Source: Selaginella moellendorffii (Eukaryota > Plantae > Lycopodiophyta). Taken from it: 64,000 nt of DNA. The position numbers and the translations under genes were made by a program. Positions 34,639-48,734 of this stretch are shown here, piece by piece. Every line of letters starts with the position of its first letter. The stretch's first letter is position 1. The stretch spans positions 440,505-504,504 of the forward strand of contig NW_003314296.1 of the NCBI RefSeq assembly GCF_000143415.4, given 5' to 3'. The notes under the pieces are model-generated. The model searched no databases. It was not told the origin of the DNA and worked only from the letters and a program-made list of their open reading frames with translations.

Positions 34639-36384
34639 GTGTCATGGCTCATGATGGGCATTGCGGGATATATCTATGCCCATGGCGGGCATGGGAGCAT
34701 CGCCGCGGATCCTGCCACGGATCCCGGCGTGCACCCGTGCGGGTGGCACCGGGATTTAAAGGTGGCGCATATTCGTCCTGCCGGGGGGCATATGCTCTCC
34801 GTGTTAGCGACAAGAGAACAATGCGCGTGGGTTTCGATGCTGACTGCGTATTCCAGGGTGGGCGAAATGGAGCGCGCCCGCAGGATATTCGATGGAATGC
34901 CCGAAAGGAACCTCGTGGCGTGGAACGCCATATTCGCGGCATATGCCAGAAATGGGCATCTGGAATATGCGAAGAGGATATTTGATGTCATGCCTCTGCT
35001 GGACATGGTTTCCTGGAATGGAATATTAGCTTCATATGCGCGAGAGGGTTTGATTCCGGCAATGGAAGAGATATTTGCCTCGATGCCTGGAAGGAATCTA
35101 ATCTCTTGGACTTGTGTCTTGAACGCATATGCCCAGATTGGGTATATTCGGGAAGCGGAGAGGATCTTTGAAGCCATGCCGGAAAGGAATCTCGTGTCAT
35201 GGACGTGTATGGTCACGGCTTATGTCGTGGTGATGGATTTAAGCAATGCAATACAAGTGTTTAATGTGATGCCTGAGTGGAATCTTGTGTGTTTGAACGC
35301 AATGCTTGGAGCGCATATTCATATAGGAATGTTTTCTCAGACGCAAGCGTTCTTCAAGGAAATGCCAGAGGCGGATTTAATCTCCTGGGTGTCAATTCTT
35401 ACAATTTGCGTAAGAGAGAATGATCTTGTCAAAGCTATTGAGGTTTATGACAAAATGCCACAACGAAATCTGGTGGCAATGAACGTCATGCTCTCTGGCT
35501 ATGCCGAAAGTGGAGATGTTGGCAAGGCTAACTCTTTTTTTTATCAAATGCCTGCTCACAGCAACGTCTCTTTGACATTGATGCTAAATCTTTATACTCA
35601 AACTGGAAATCTTGAAGCCGCAAAGGACTTCTTTGACAAAATTCTGCCCAAAGATATCATTTCTAACAATTCTATGCTTTCGGCATTTGCTTGTTCAGGG
35701 CATCTAGAGGAATCGGAGAGAATGTTTTACAGCCTACCAGAGTGGAGCCTCGCTTCATGGAATATTCTCTTGGCCGGATACAATCAATCAGGAAAATTAG
35801 AGCACACAAGAAAATTATTCTTGAATATGCCAGAACACAGCCAGGTGTCGTGGAATATCCTCTTGGCAGCAAATGCCGCTACAGGGCATTTTCTTGAGTT
35901 AAAGAGTTTGTTCGATACGATGCCCGATACTGACGCCGCGTCGTGGACCACACTTCTCGCCACGTATGTCCAATCCGACCGCTCGATAGCCGCTGACGTG
36001 TACGGCCAGATGAAGATGCTCTTCTCGCCCGACGACGTCAGCATCGTGTTCGCGCTCATTGCTTGCGGCCACGGCGGGAAGGTCCAGCAAGGGAGGGATT
36101 GCTTTGTGTCCATGAGTCTGGATTTTGGATTGGTGCCGAGCAAGCAGCACTACTGCTGCATGATCGATCTCCTGGCGCGATCGGGTCGGCTGGACAGCGC
36201 GATCGATCTCGCGGAGAGCATGCCCTTTGAGGCGAGCAGGATCGAATTGATGTGCCTGGTGGGCGCTTGCGGCAGCCAGAGAGAAATCCGGCGAGGAGGA
36301 GAGGCGAGCAAGATCGCCCTCGAATTTGATCCGGGCGATGGAAGGGCGATGGTAATGCTTGCTAATCTCTACTCGCAAAAGTAA
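34639..36384 (+). CDS. PLS-class PPR protein (S-repeat rich) with E domain, no DYW
   Basis: Repeats of MPERNLVSW, then ACGHGG, HYCCMIDLLARSG and MVMLANLYSQK*. The true start is uncertain because the first ~60 aa are not PPR-like. Confidence 0.88.
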   Translation: MSWLMMGIAGYIYAHGGHGSIAADPATDPGVHPCGWHRDLKVAHIRPAGGHMLSVLATREQCAWVSMLTAYSRVGEMERARRIFDGMPERNLVAWNAIFAAYARNGHLEYAKRIFDVMPLLDMVSWNGILASYAREGLIPAMEEIFASMPGRNLISWTCVLNAYAQIGYIREAERIFEAMPERNLVSWTCMVTAYVVVMDLSNAIQVFNVMPEWNLVCLNAMLGAHIHIGMFSQTQAFFKEMPEADLISWVSILTICVRENDLVKAIEVYDKMPQRNLVAMNVMLSGYAESGDVGKANSFFYQMPAHSNVSLTLMLNLYTQTGNLEAAKDFFDKILPKDIISNNSMLSAFACSGHLEESERMFYSLPEWSLASWNILLAGYNQSGKLEHTRKLFLNMPEHSQVSWNILLAANAATGHFLELKSLFDTMPDTDAASWTTLLATYVQSDRSIAADVYGQMKMLFSPDDVSIVFALIACGHGGKVQQGRDCFVSMSLDFGLVPSKQHYCCMIDLLARSGRLDSAIDLAESMPFEASRIELMCLVGACGSQREIRRGGEASKIALEFDPGDGRAMVMLANLYSQK

Positions 36385-36486
36385 AATCACACTAACTCGA
36401 GTTTCTTCTCAAGTAAGCATATACCAATTTAAATAGTTGGTATAGTCCTAATATATTCACTACCATGGTAACATGGTATTTACATT

Positions 36487-37118
36487 TTAGATCTGGAGGC
36501 CAAAAACTGTGACAATGCAGTACATGGTTTTGTTCTCCCACCGTATGGTTTTGCTCCCTGTACGGACGGGTGTGTTCAATTCGGGAAAGATTCGAGGAAT
36601 ATGCCTACCATCGGCCGCGGTATCCCAGAAGCAGGATGTGGCGGTGACCATCCCCGCACCGTTCTTCTGCATTATCAAGCACGTCACTTAAACAAGGAGA
36701 GAATGTGGGTGATTAGTGGCTAATCAGGAGGGGAGATTTTGCTCGTCTCTCTACTCACCGGCATATTTGAAGGGCTTGTCAAGCTTGACAAGATTGTTGA
36801 GACAAACTTCGCAAACGCTGGTTGTCCAATCCGTCACCTTTTGTGTTTTGGATCAGTGATGCCTCCAAGAAAGTTGGAAAAACTTTTTCTTGGATGGAGT
36901 TTGGATCCGTCCGAGAAAGTTGGGGAGCTTGTTGCGAACCTTGTCGTGCCTAAACTGGTTGCTTCCGAGCGATTGATCCAGCGCGTCTTTGATGATACCA
37001 TTGATCTCGTCTGGAAGAAACCTCGGCTGGAAGAAAGTTTGTCTTTGGGGACAAAGGATTAAACAGAAGAATGTGGCAAACTTACGTCGATTTTAACCTC
37101 TGGAACTTCCTCAGACAT
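36487..37118 (-). CDS. TCTEX1: Dynein light chain Tctex-type 1, 5 exons
   Basis: Spliced: [115 protein letters not shown]. Matches the DYNLT signature. Confidence 0.92.
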
Positions 37119-37190
37119 CGCTACTAGGCCTTCTTCTCGGCGTTTTTACTCCATGGCAACGTTGGTTATGGATTGCGGTTATAGTGGTAA

Positions 37191-37254
37191 GCTCCCTTTA
37201 GCTCAGCGTTGGTCTTATGAGGCAAAGGTCGCGAGTTCAAACCTCGCTGGGAGA
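37191..37254 (+). pseudogene. tRNA-Ile(UAU)-derived pseudogene lacking the D-loop
   Basis: gctccct-ttagctcag-cg-ttggt ct TAT ga ggcaa-aggtc-gcgag ttcaaac ctcgc-tgggaga. Perfect 5-bp T-stem with B-box, anticodon loop CTTATGA and a partial acceptor stem. About 10 nt of the D-arm are missing. Confidence 0.8.
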
Positions 37255-37308
37255 AAAATTTCTTAAGCAAAGCTTTCGCTTTGAAAATTTAGGGCTCTTG
37301 ACGCGGCC

Positions 37309-39060
37309 ATGGCGGCAATATCCTGCGCCTTGTCACTGAGGTAAGATTTTCGCCTTCCAAGCTCCCGGATTTGCAATGCGGCTGTCCACTGCAGTGGCCT
37401 GCGGAGTAATTTCTCCGGCGAGACTTTGGGCACCAGTATTTGCAGTAGCAGCAGCAGCGCCAGCGGCAATCTTCCTTTGAGAGTGATTTGCAAGGAATCC
37501 AGGATCGGGAAGAGGCCGGTTGAGGTGCCGAAATCGGTGAATGTGGTGCTCCAAGGCCCGAATCTATCCGTCAAGGGCCCGCTGGGAGAGCTGACACGCT
37601 ACTATCCGCGAGAGGTCAGCCTCACCAGGGATGAGTCTGGGAGGATTGTCGTCACCAGGGCTCTGGAAACTCGGCGCGCTCGCCAAATGCACGGCCTTTT
37701 CAGGTTCTCTCCAAAGCTCTTTTTTTTCTTTCATAGCTTCCTGTTTCCAATTGTTCTTGGTTTTTCTTGTTAGAACTTTCTAGCTGCATTGAAGTTCTCT
37801 AGTTTCTCCACGATCTCTAGTTTTTGTTAGAACTTTCTAGCTGCATTGAAGTTTTCCAGTTTTTCCACGATCTCGGGTTCTAGTTTTTGTTAGAACTTTC
37901 TAGCTGCATGAAGTTCTCCAGTTTCTCCTCAGTTTTTGTTAGAACTTTCTAGCTGCATTGAAGTTTTCCAGTTTTTCCACGATTTCGAGTTCTATTTTCT
38001 GTTAGAACTTTCTAGCTGCATTGAAGTTTTCCAGTTTTTCAACGATTTCGAGTTCTAGTTTTTGTTAAAACTTTCTAGCTGCATTGAAGTTCTCCAGTTT
38101 CTCCTCGATTCGAGCTCTAGTTTTTGTTAGAACTTTCTAGCTGCATTGAAGTTTTCCAGTTTTTCCACGATTTCGAGTTCTAGTTTTTGTTAAAACTTTC
38201 TTGCTGGATTGAAGTTCTCCAGTTTCTCCTCGATTCGAGTTCTAGCATCTCGCACTTTCGAGCTCTAAGTTCTAGATCCAGCATTTGTTCTGGCATTTGC
38301 ATTGGACATCTTTCATCTTTCCAAGTTTTCCAAAACTCTTTTTCCTTTCATAGCTTGCCTGTTTCCAGGCATTTCTTAATCGTTAGAACTTTCTAGCTGC
38401 ATTGAATGTCTCCAGTTTTTTTTTTGTTTTTTTTTTTTTTCCCGATTTCAAGTTCTTTTGCTTCTCAGCTCTAAGATCTAGATGTTCTGGCATTTGCATT
38501 GGACATCTTTCATCTTTCCAAGTTTTCCAAAACTCTTTCCTTTCATAGCTTGCCTGTTTCCAGGCATTCTTAATCGTTAGAACTTTCTAGCTGCATTGAT
38601 GTCTCCAGTTTTTTTTTTTTTTTTTCCCGATTTCGAGTTCTTTTGCTTCTCAGCTCTAAGATCTAGATGTTCTCGCATTTGCATTGGACATCTCTCATCT
38701 TTCTAAGTTTTGTCCTTCTCCAGAACACTCACAGACAACATGGTCGTTGGCGTCTCTCAAGGCTTCGAGAAGAAACTCCAGATGGTCGGGGTCGGCTACC
38801 GTGCCACGGTCGAGCCCACCGAGATCATCCTCAACGTCGGCTTCTCGCACCCGGTGAAGATCAAGATCCCGGATGGTATCAGCGTCAAAGTCGAAGAAAA
38901 CACTCGCATCACAGTCTCGGGGAGAGACAAGTGCGCCGTGGGCCAGTTCGCGGCGATCATAAGATCGTGGAGACCTCCAGAGCCTTACAAGGGGAAAGGG
39001 ATCAAATACGCGGACGAAGTTATCAGGAGGAAAGAAGGCAAAGCGGGCAAAAAGAAGTAA
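37309..39060 (+). CDS. RPL6: Plastid 50S ribosomal protein L6, 3 exons (last intron 37704-38723)
   Basis: Transit peptide, then [68 protein letters not shown]. Confidence 0.95.
37769..38700 (+). repeat. Intronic minisatellite (~50-63-bp unit, 8 tandem copies) plus a ~195-bp higher-order duplication carrying 2 more units
   Basis: Unit gttagaactttctagctgcattgaagttttccagtttttccacgatttcgagttctagttttt starts at ~37769, 37826, 37888, 37938, 38001, 38064, 38126 and 38189, then at 38382 and 38576. Confidence 0.92.
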
Positions 39061-39222
39061 CGTGAGAGAAATGTCCAAGTCCCAACGCGTCTTGGGTTCG
39101 ATTCCTTTGTCTATCTTCTTGGACGTCTCAGGCTCGATTCCTGGGGTGGTGGAAATAGTTTTTGGTTCTTAACGGGAGCCCTTATTCTCTCCCAGTGTTG
39201 CGAGAGGGATTTTTCGAAGTGG

Positions 39223-41595
39223 ATGAAGATCCGCGAGGCGGCGATGCAGCAGCGGCTGATCGCGGCGTGTGGGGGCGACAATGTGAAGCTCTTTGATGCC
39301 GCTGCCGCGAGCGAGGGCCGGGCGGATCCTTGCGTCTCGCAGTTCCTCCCGGCGCCCGGCGTCCAGGTTAACGCTCTGCGATGGAATCACACCAGTAAGA
39401 TCTCAGTCCGCGGCTTCTAGCTGCCTGCATTGCGCGTCCTGGTGATATTTCGATGTTTCTTTGCTTCCAGATCACGTCCTGGCGAGCTCCGGGGAGGATC
39501 GCAGGATTTCGCTGTGGCTCAAGGGAGGCAAGCTTTTAGGATCTGTGCCGCAGCTAGAGTCCGATCCAGCCGATGTTCTAGACGTATGTGTTTCTTGGAA
39601 TTTTTTTCTTCTTTCTCGTGATTGTTGTGTGTTTCGTTTGCCTTCCAGGAGTCTATACTGGCCATAAACTTCAGCTCAAAGTCATCGAGATATCTTTGCT
39701 CTGGTGGAACTGGGAAAGTCGTGCGAATCTGGGACATGCAAAGGAAGAAGTGTATAAAATCGCTCAAGGGACACGCCGACACGATCACTGGCGTCATGTA
39801 TAACTGCAAAGACGAGCACCTTGCTTCCATCAGTTCCAGGGGTGATCTCATCATCTACAGCCTTGCTTCCGGGTCTCGAATCACCGAAGTGAAGGATCCC
39901 TTCAATCAGGTGAGTTTTTCTTCGGCGTCTCGTATCCTGCAAGAGTTTTTGCAATGCTAGCGGGTCGTAGAGTATCTCTTTGGTCATCATGAGCGTTTTT
40001 CGTGGCAGGGAATTGCTGAGTTTCTTTGGAGCAGGTTTTGAGACTCTTGGAGTATTCTCGATCGAGCCGAAATCTTCTGGTTACTGCTGGGGACGATGGG
40101 TCATTGCATCTTTGGGACACTACTGGACGCAGTCCAAAGGTACGGTCAGTCGCTTTCTTCATCTAATGCTTCTCAGCCAATTTATTCTTTGCTCATCGTT
40201 GATAGGCCTCATGGATTCGACAACATCTGGCACCTGCAAGCGGTGTCGGGTTCTCATTTTCAAATGAAAAGGTGTGCATGAGGTTGAAGTTTGTCGTCAT
40301 GGACTGAGACTGATCTCCTTCCAGGTCATAGTAAGCGTGGGCTTTGATAAAAGATTGCATACTTACGACACCAGCGTAAAGAAGGCTGTCCACTCTCTTT
40401 CTTGCGATGCGCCATTCTCTTCTTTAGCATTGAAAGACGATGGTTGGACTGTCGCAGCCGGTACTACAAATGGGAGAATTATGTTCTATGACATCCGTAC
40501 CAAAGTCCAACCCATGGCTGTTCTTCGAGCTTTTAATCCATCTGAGGTGCGACGGTCTATTCGTTTTCAACTTATGTAACTGTTGACTTCTTTAGGCTGT
40601 TGCAAGTGTATGCTGGCAACGGACAAACCCGGTTCCAATAAGCACCTCAAGCTGGTCGCCTGACGTGGCTTTGCTCGGTGCCAATGGAGAGGAGACGCCG
40701 GCCATAATGCCTGATCCACTTCCCGCTTCCGGAAGAAATCGACCTTCTTTTGGACGGCCTGAATCGCTGACTGTGGCAAATCCAAGGAATGCAGCAGCGG
40801 CAGAAGAATCATCAAACCAGAGCGTGTGGTCCAATAGTGGTTCTTTCATCCTTCACTCGTCGAAGGCTACCCCGAGCGGTGTTGACGACATGGAGGTTTT
40901 TTCTCCTCTCGTGGACGTGCAACCGATAGTTCAACCTCTCTCTTCGTTCATTGACGGACTCGGCGAAACAAAGAGGCCATCTCCTCCCTCGGCAATAGCA
41001 AACTCAGACGAATTCCAGCAAACCTCGCATCAAGTAAGTAGTTGACTACTCTTCCATTGTGTGTGTTTCACTTTTACGTTCCTCCTACAGGACGAACATC
41101 CTACCACGTCTCCGCGTGTTGAGGCTAGCAATGCAGCAGAACCGTCTCCAAACGATCATCAAACTCGACTCACCAAAGCTAGAGAGCATCTGGCGGCTGT
41201 TAAAGGCTTGGCTCTAGAACTTCCTCCAAGGCTCTCGGCGTCGTCACCAAACTCTCCTCCCTCAAGAGTTTCACCTCCACAGCCGTCCTCGTCTTCGTTC
41301 GCGCTCCAGCTTGTGCAACGTGCTCTGGAGGAGAGCCTTGGCTCCGTCCAGCGAGCCATACACGAGGACGTGCAAAACCTTCACCTAGAGCTCATACGCC
41401 AGTTTCACATCCAACAGGTTGTTACTTCGTTGATACTCTAACTTTTTTTCTTACTTTGTTTCCATGATTTCCTTTTACCTTTGGCAGACGGAGACGGCGT
41501 GCTGTGTGGAAAAGCTAGTCTCGAAGCAAGCTGAAATGATGGAGGAACTTCAAGCGCTTCGAAAGGAGAACCAGCAACTCCGGCATTTGATTTGA
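39223..41595 (+). CDS. NEDD1: NEDD1/GCP-WD (WD40 gamma-tubulin ring complex targeting factor), multi-exon
   Basis: [13 protein letters not shown]40 repeats ([30 protein letters not shown]; VSVGFDKRL), [14 protein letters not shown] and a C-terminal coiled coil ([40 protein letters not shown]). Confidence 0.93.
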
Positions 41596-42008
41596 TCCGG
41601 TAGGCAATCACTTTTTGGGGTACATTCATTTACAGTTTCTTTTTTTCTTCTCTCCTCAGGAATGGACTGATTAGAAATCTCCCAAAAGATAGCCGGCATT
41701 TAATCCCATCTAAAGCTAAAGATCCCAGGCAAGAACTTAGTTTCCATTCTTCAATAGAATGAGATCGCTATTAGTCACATGAAGCTCGTTTTTGAGGGAC
41801 ACTTGCAGAGCATGAAGCGATTCTTTGACCAGTGAGTCGAGCTTCGCATTCCATTGCTATGCCTTATTTTGGTTTGTTGGGGGGACAAGTGAGAGTATAT
41901 AGAGAGAGGTTGATGTTCCTCTTCATCGTGTTTACTTACAGCACTCCTATTTTCTTTCCAGAGAGGAGGATATCGATTGATAATGCCGCGGCTACTCTTC
42001 CTCAAGGA

Positions 42009-44048
42009 ATGAAGCTCCACTGGCCAAGCAAAAGAAGCTACACCACCACCATCAATGCGGTCCAGGAAACTCTAGCGGCTCTCGACAATGGATCCATCTC
42101 CGGCAGCCCAGCGCTCTACTCGGACCTCCTCCGCGGCTGCGGGACACTGGCGGACGCCCGCCGGATCCGCCAGTACGCCACCCGCGACAATCTCCTCGAC
42201 CACCATCCATCGCTGGCAAGGCACATCGTCCAGACCTTCGTCCGCCTGGGCAGCATGGCCGACGCTCAAGATTCCTTCGCCGCCACCACGAAGAAAACCG
42301 GGGTGGTGATCTGGACAGCCATGATCACGGGCTACGCCAAGCATGGAGACTTCTCGCGGGCGATCCAGTTCTTCGCAGAGATGGAGAGAAACCACGTCCT
42401 CCCGGACAAGATCACGTACGTGGCGGTGCTGGGCGCGATCCAGGATCTGGAACAGGGAAGGAGAATTCACGTCAGGATCCAAGAGACGGGCTATGATACC
42501 GACCTGGTGGTGGCGAACGCGCTGATGAAGATGTACGCGGCGTGCTCCAGCCTCGCCGACGCTACTCGGGTTTTCGAAGCCATGGATCACAGGGACGTGG
42601 TGTCGTGGACCTCGATCATCGCAGCAAATGCCAGGGCCGGGGACTTTCCAGCCGCGATGGGTCTCTTCCGGAGGATGCAGCTCCAGGGGACGCGGCCGAA
42701 CCGGATCACTCTCCTCGAGCTGCTGGCCTGGTGCGATGATCCGGACGAGGGAGCGGCGATCCACGAGCGTGCTTTTGCCAGTGGGCTTCGATCCGACGTC
42801 CCGGTTTGCAACGCGATCCTCAACATGTATGCCAAGGCCGGGCGATTCGAGACCGCCAGCGAGCTCTTCGAGAGGATGCCCGTGAGGAACGCGGTCTCGT
42901 GGACAGCCATGATGGCGGCGATGGTGAGGGCCGGGCGGCACGACGACGCGCTGCGGCTGTTCCGGGACATGGAGGACGACGGTGTGGAGCCCGACTCGAT
43001 CGCGTTCATCACCGTGATCAATGCTTGCTCCAGCGCCGCGACCGCGCGGTGGATCCACGGGTGTATCATCCGGGGTGGCTGCGACTCCGACACTGCTGTG
43101 AGCAACGCGATCATCAGAGCCTACGCGAGGTGTGGGAGCTTGAAAGAAGCGTACCGGACGTTCGTGGAGATAAAGGAGAGGCGGGATCACGTCTCGTGGA
43201 CGACAATGATCTCGGCGTTTGCGGAGTTTGGGCGGATCAAGCGATGCGTCCAGCTCTTCCGGGAGATGCTGCTAGAGGGCGTGAGAGCGAACGAAGTTAC
43301 CTTGATCACGGTGGTGAATGCTTGCGCGGGCGCGAGCGCGATCAAGGAAGGGCGATGGATCCACGACTGCGTCATTGGCTATCAGCTGGAGAGATCGAGC
43401 TCGATGGTGGCCACGGCGCTGCTCGACATGTATGGGAAGTGTGGGAGCCTCGAGGTGGCGGCCAGGATCTTTGGAGAGCTGGAGCAGCCGGACGTGGTTT
43501 CGTGGACGTCGATCATCGCCGCGACTGCCCAGAATGGTGACGGATCCAGCGCCGCCAGGCTCTTTTGTGCCATGCAGCTCGAGGGAGTGAGGCCGGTGGA
43601 CGTGACTTTCGTCAGCGTCGTCGCGGCTTGCAGCCATGCCGGGCTGGTGGATCTCGGGAAAGAGTTCGTGACGAGGTTGCGGAAGGATCACCGGGAGGGG
43701 ATCGAGCTGACGCTGGAGCACTGTGGGTGCATTGTGGATCTGCTCGCTCGGGCGGGGCGGCTGGAGGAGGCCGAGTGTGTGATCGATTCCATGCCGTTTA
43801 AGCCCACCCCGGCGGTGTGGATGGCGTTCCTGGCGGGCTGCAAGGCGTACGAGGATATCAGTCGCGGGCAGAGAGCGGCAGCGCAGATTCTCGGCCTGGA
43901 TGAGAAGACTACCGCGGCTGTCATCGCTCTCTCGAGCACTTACGCTGCTTCTGACCGCCGGGGAGATGGCGAGGCGCTGAGAGGATTGATGGCGGATGGA
44001 TGCCTCAAGGAGGAGCACGGCATTGGAATCCAAGACGGAGGTGGATAA
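42009..44048 (+). CDS. PLS-class PPR protein with E/E+ extension, no DYW
   Basis: P-L-S triplets (VVSWTSII, PNRITL, ALLDMYGKCGSL), ACSHAGL, HCGCIVDLLARAG and a final LKEEHGIG motif. Start placed at the ATG at 42009; the frame is open from 41832. Confidence 0.92.
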   Translation: MKLHWPSKRSYTTTINAVQETLAALDNGSISGSPALYSDLLRGCGTLADARRIRQYATRDNLLDHHPSLARHIVQTFVRLGSMADAQDSFAATTKKTGVVIWTAMITGYAKHGDFSRAIQFFAEMERNHVLPDKITYVAVLGAIQDLEQGRRIHVRIQETGYDTDLVVANALMKMYAACSSLADATRVFEAMDHRDVVSWTSIIAANARAGDFPAAMGLFRRMQLQGTRPNRITLLELLAWCDDPDEGAAIHERAFASGLRSDVPVCNAILNMYAKAGRFETASELFERMPVRNAVSWTAMMAAMVRAGRHDDALRLFRDMEDDGVEPDSIAFITVINACSSAATARWIHGCIIRGGCDSDTAVSNAIIRAYARCGSLKEAYRTFVEIKERRDHVSWTTMISAFAEFGRIKRCVQLFREMLLEGVRANEVTLITVVNACAGASAIKEGRWIHDCVIGYQLERSSSMVATALLDMYGKCGSLEVAARIFGELEQPDVVSWTSIIAATAQNGDGSSAARLFCAMQLEGVRPVDVTFVSVVAACSHAGLVDLGKEFVTRLRKDHREGIELTLEHCGCIVDLLARAGRLEEAECVIDSMPFKPTPAVWMAFLAGCKAYEDISRGQRAAAQILGLDEKTTAAVIALSSTYAASDRRGDGEALRGLMADGCLKEEHGIGIQDGGG

Positions 44049-44383
44049 GATTGAGCGATATTTCGAGAGGGATTGGATAGAGATTCAAGAGATTTCACGC
44101 AAGACTGCTAAGAGATCAATGCAAGAATCCAATAGATCCAGAGATGGATAGAAATCGAAAGATATTTCGAGAGAGATCCGAGATTCAAAAGATTTCACAA
44201 AGAGATAAGAGAGTAGAAGAGATAGAGATCCAGCAAGAAACGATGGATTACGTCACAGATTCCAGCGATCTTGTCAAGAATGAGAAATATCTTACTGACG
44301 AAGGGATTCCAATGGCGATCGAGCTTGGAGAAAAGAGTCCCTCCACCAAGAACCCTACATTATGACACGTAAGCTGAAAGCCA

Positions 44384-44686
44384 GCTAGACATTATGCCAG
44401 GTGGGTGCCCACATGGGTACCCACGTGGCGTCATCATACAGCGCTGTAGTCCATTCACTGTACTGACACGTGGCCCACAATGGCGGCAAGACTTGGCTGG
44501 AAATAAAATATAGGGATTGGGACGGGGCTTTTTGCTGGAGATTCCAGCTTTTGGGAAAAACAGGTCACCGCCCATTCCCGAAAGGACCGCTTAACCTTAC
44601 GTGAATGGTAACCGGCTGGTGAGTTTTTACCCCGGGTTTTCACCTCGAGTTTTTACTGCCTGGGTTTTTGCTGCTTGTATATAAAT
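44384..44686 (+). promoter_or_regulatory. ABRE/G-box cluster and TATA box upstream of the 44799 gene
   Basis: gacacgta (~44384), ccacgtggc (~44421), gacacgtggc (~44465) and tatataaat (~44678), followed by a CT-rich 5' UTR. Confidence 0.55.
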
Positions 44687-44798
44687 CTCTATCATGTATG
44701 TTCACTACACAGGGGCAGCGTTTTCTCTTGGTTCTTCCTCGCTCGCTTCTTCGCTCGCTCTCCTCGCCGATCCATCGATCCATCCCAGAGTTTTGACA

Positions 44799-45469
44799 AT
44801 GAGCTCTGAAGAGGCAAGCACAGATCTGTGAGAATGAGAGTGAGATGATCTTCCTCTTCTTTTGCTCGAGAGCTCTGTTTGATTCTTTCGATTCATTCCT
44901 CCCTTTTACTTCCTTGGCTCCCAACTCTCTGGATCTGGCCCCGATCTCAATCAGTTCTTGGTGGATCGACCATCGTTCCAAAGAAACAGGAAGATAAATG
45001 ACTCTAACTCGAGAGAGACTGACCTGGAACCGAATATCCCCTGATATACTCCCCTGATCATTGTTGAGCTGCTTGACTGGTTTTAAGATTCTTGACATCG
45101 TTTAACAACATGTTTCCTCTTTTGCTGCTCTTTGAACTTATTTTTATTGTCTAGGTAAAGGACGTTCCTCCCCCAACTCCAACTCCAGCTCCAGCTGAAG
45201 AAGTAGCAACTCCAACTCCAACTCCAGCTGAAGAAGTGCCTCCAGCTGAGAAAGTGGCTCCGTCAGCTGAGGAAGCATCAGCTCCAGCTGCAAAAGAAGT
45301 GGCTGCTCCTGAAGTTCCAAGTGAAGAAGCTGCTCCTCCAGCTGCTACACCTGAGCTGGAGGAGAAAACCAAAGAGCTGAGCTTGGAAGATCCACCAGCA
45401 GCAGTTGAAGAAGCAGCACCAGCAGCACCTAAAGCACCAGCAGCATCTGTGTTTAGTGTTACGGTTTAA
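44799..45469 (+). CDS. Small acidic Ala/Pro/Glu-rich disordered protein (Hev b 5/CCaP-like architecture); exons 44799-44813 and 45155-45469
   Basis: MSSEE micro-exon, then a GC-AG intron (gag|gcaag ... tctag|gta), in frame with VKDVPPPTPTPAPAEEVA...*. Confidence 0.7.
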
Positions 45470-45977
45470 ACCCCTTGTGCAAGCATCTCAAACTTTTCCT
45501 ATGAATTCCTTTTGATTAAATATCCAAAACAATTGAATTATAAACAGCGTAAAGAGCTCGCCAATCGTCGTCATGATAGTTTGGCTACTGCTCACAAAGA
45601 AAGGGCGGCCACAGCCTTAAAAAAAATCTCCAAAAACTGGATGGGACACTCTGGGAAGCAAACTGGAAAGCTCGAATGACACAGCATCGATAAATTTCAA
45701 TCCATCACATTGCAGGGTCCAGTCTAGCAGCATCATGCTTTGCGATAATAAATTGGAAATACTCCCACTATTAAAATGTTTTACTGGATTCTTATCCAGA
45801 GAGATATGGAATAATAATCGCATTCCACTGTGAGCGGTGGGGTACTGGAATCTTAAGAACTGACAAAAATTTTTTTTGTATTTTTTCCTGTCCCAACATT
45901 AAAGGAAAATAAAATAAAAGGTGAATAATAAACATAATAGTAATAATTAATCAATATTAATAAATATATCATTGTTC

Positions 45978-48629
<2,652 letters not shown>

Positions 48630-48734
48630 GGCCAAACCTTTCTAGCGACCTAAGGTGACGGAAACACCTATTATATAACGAAAAAGGCTTAAAGGATTAA
48701 AACCTTTTTTTTCACAGGCTAGAAAAGGATGTTC

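Noticed and set aside
37769-38245. Regularly spaced repeats superficially like a CRISPR array
   Set aside because: Inter-repeat segments are variants of one sequence rather than unique spacers. The array lies in a eukaryotic intron with no cas genes.
44050-44365. GA-rich low-complexity tract with a 73-aa ORF
   Set aside because: Loose internal duplications in a 3' region with no coding signature.
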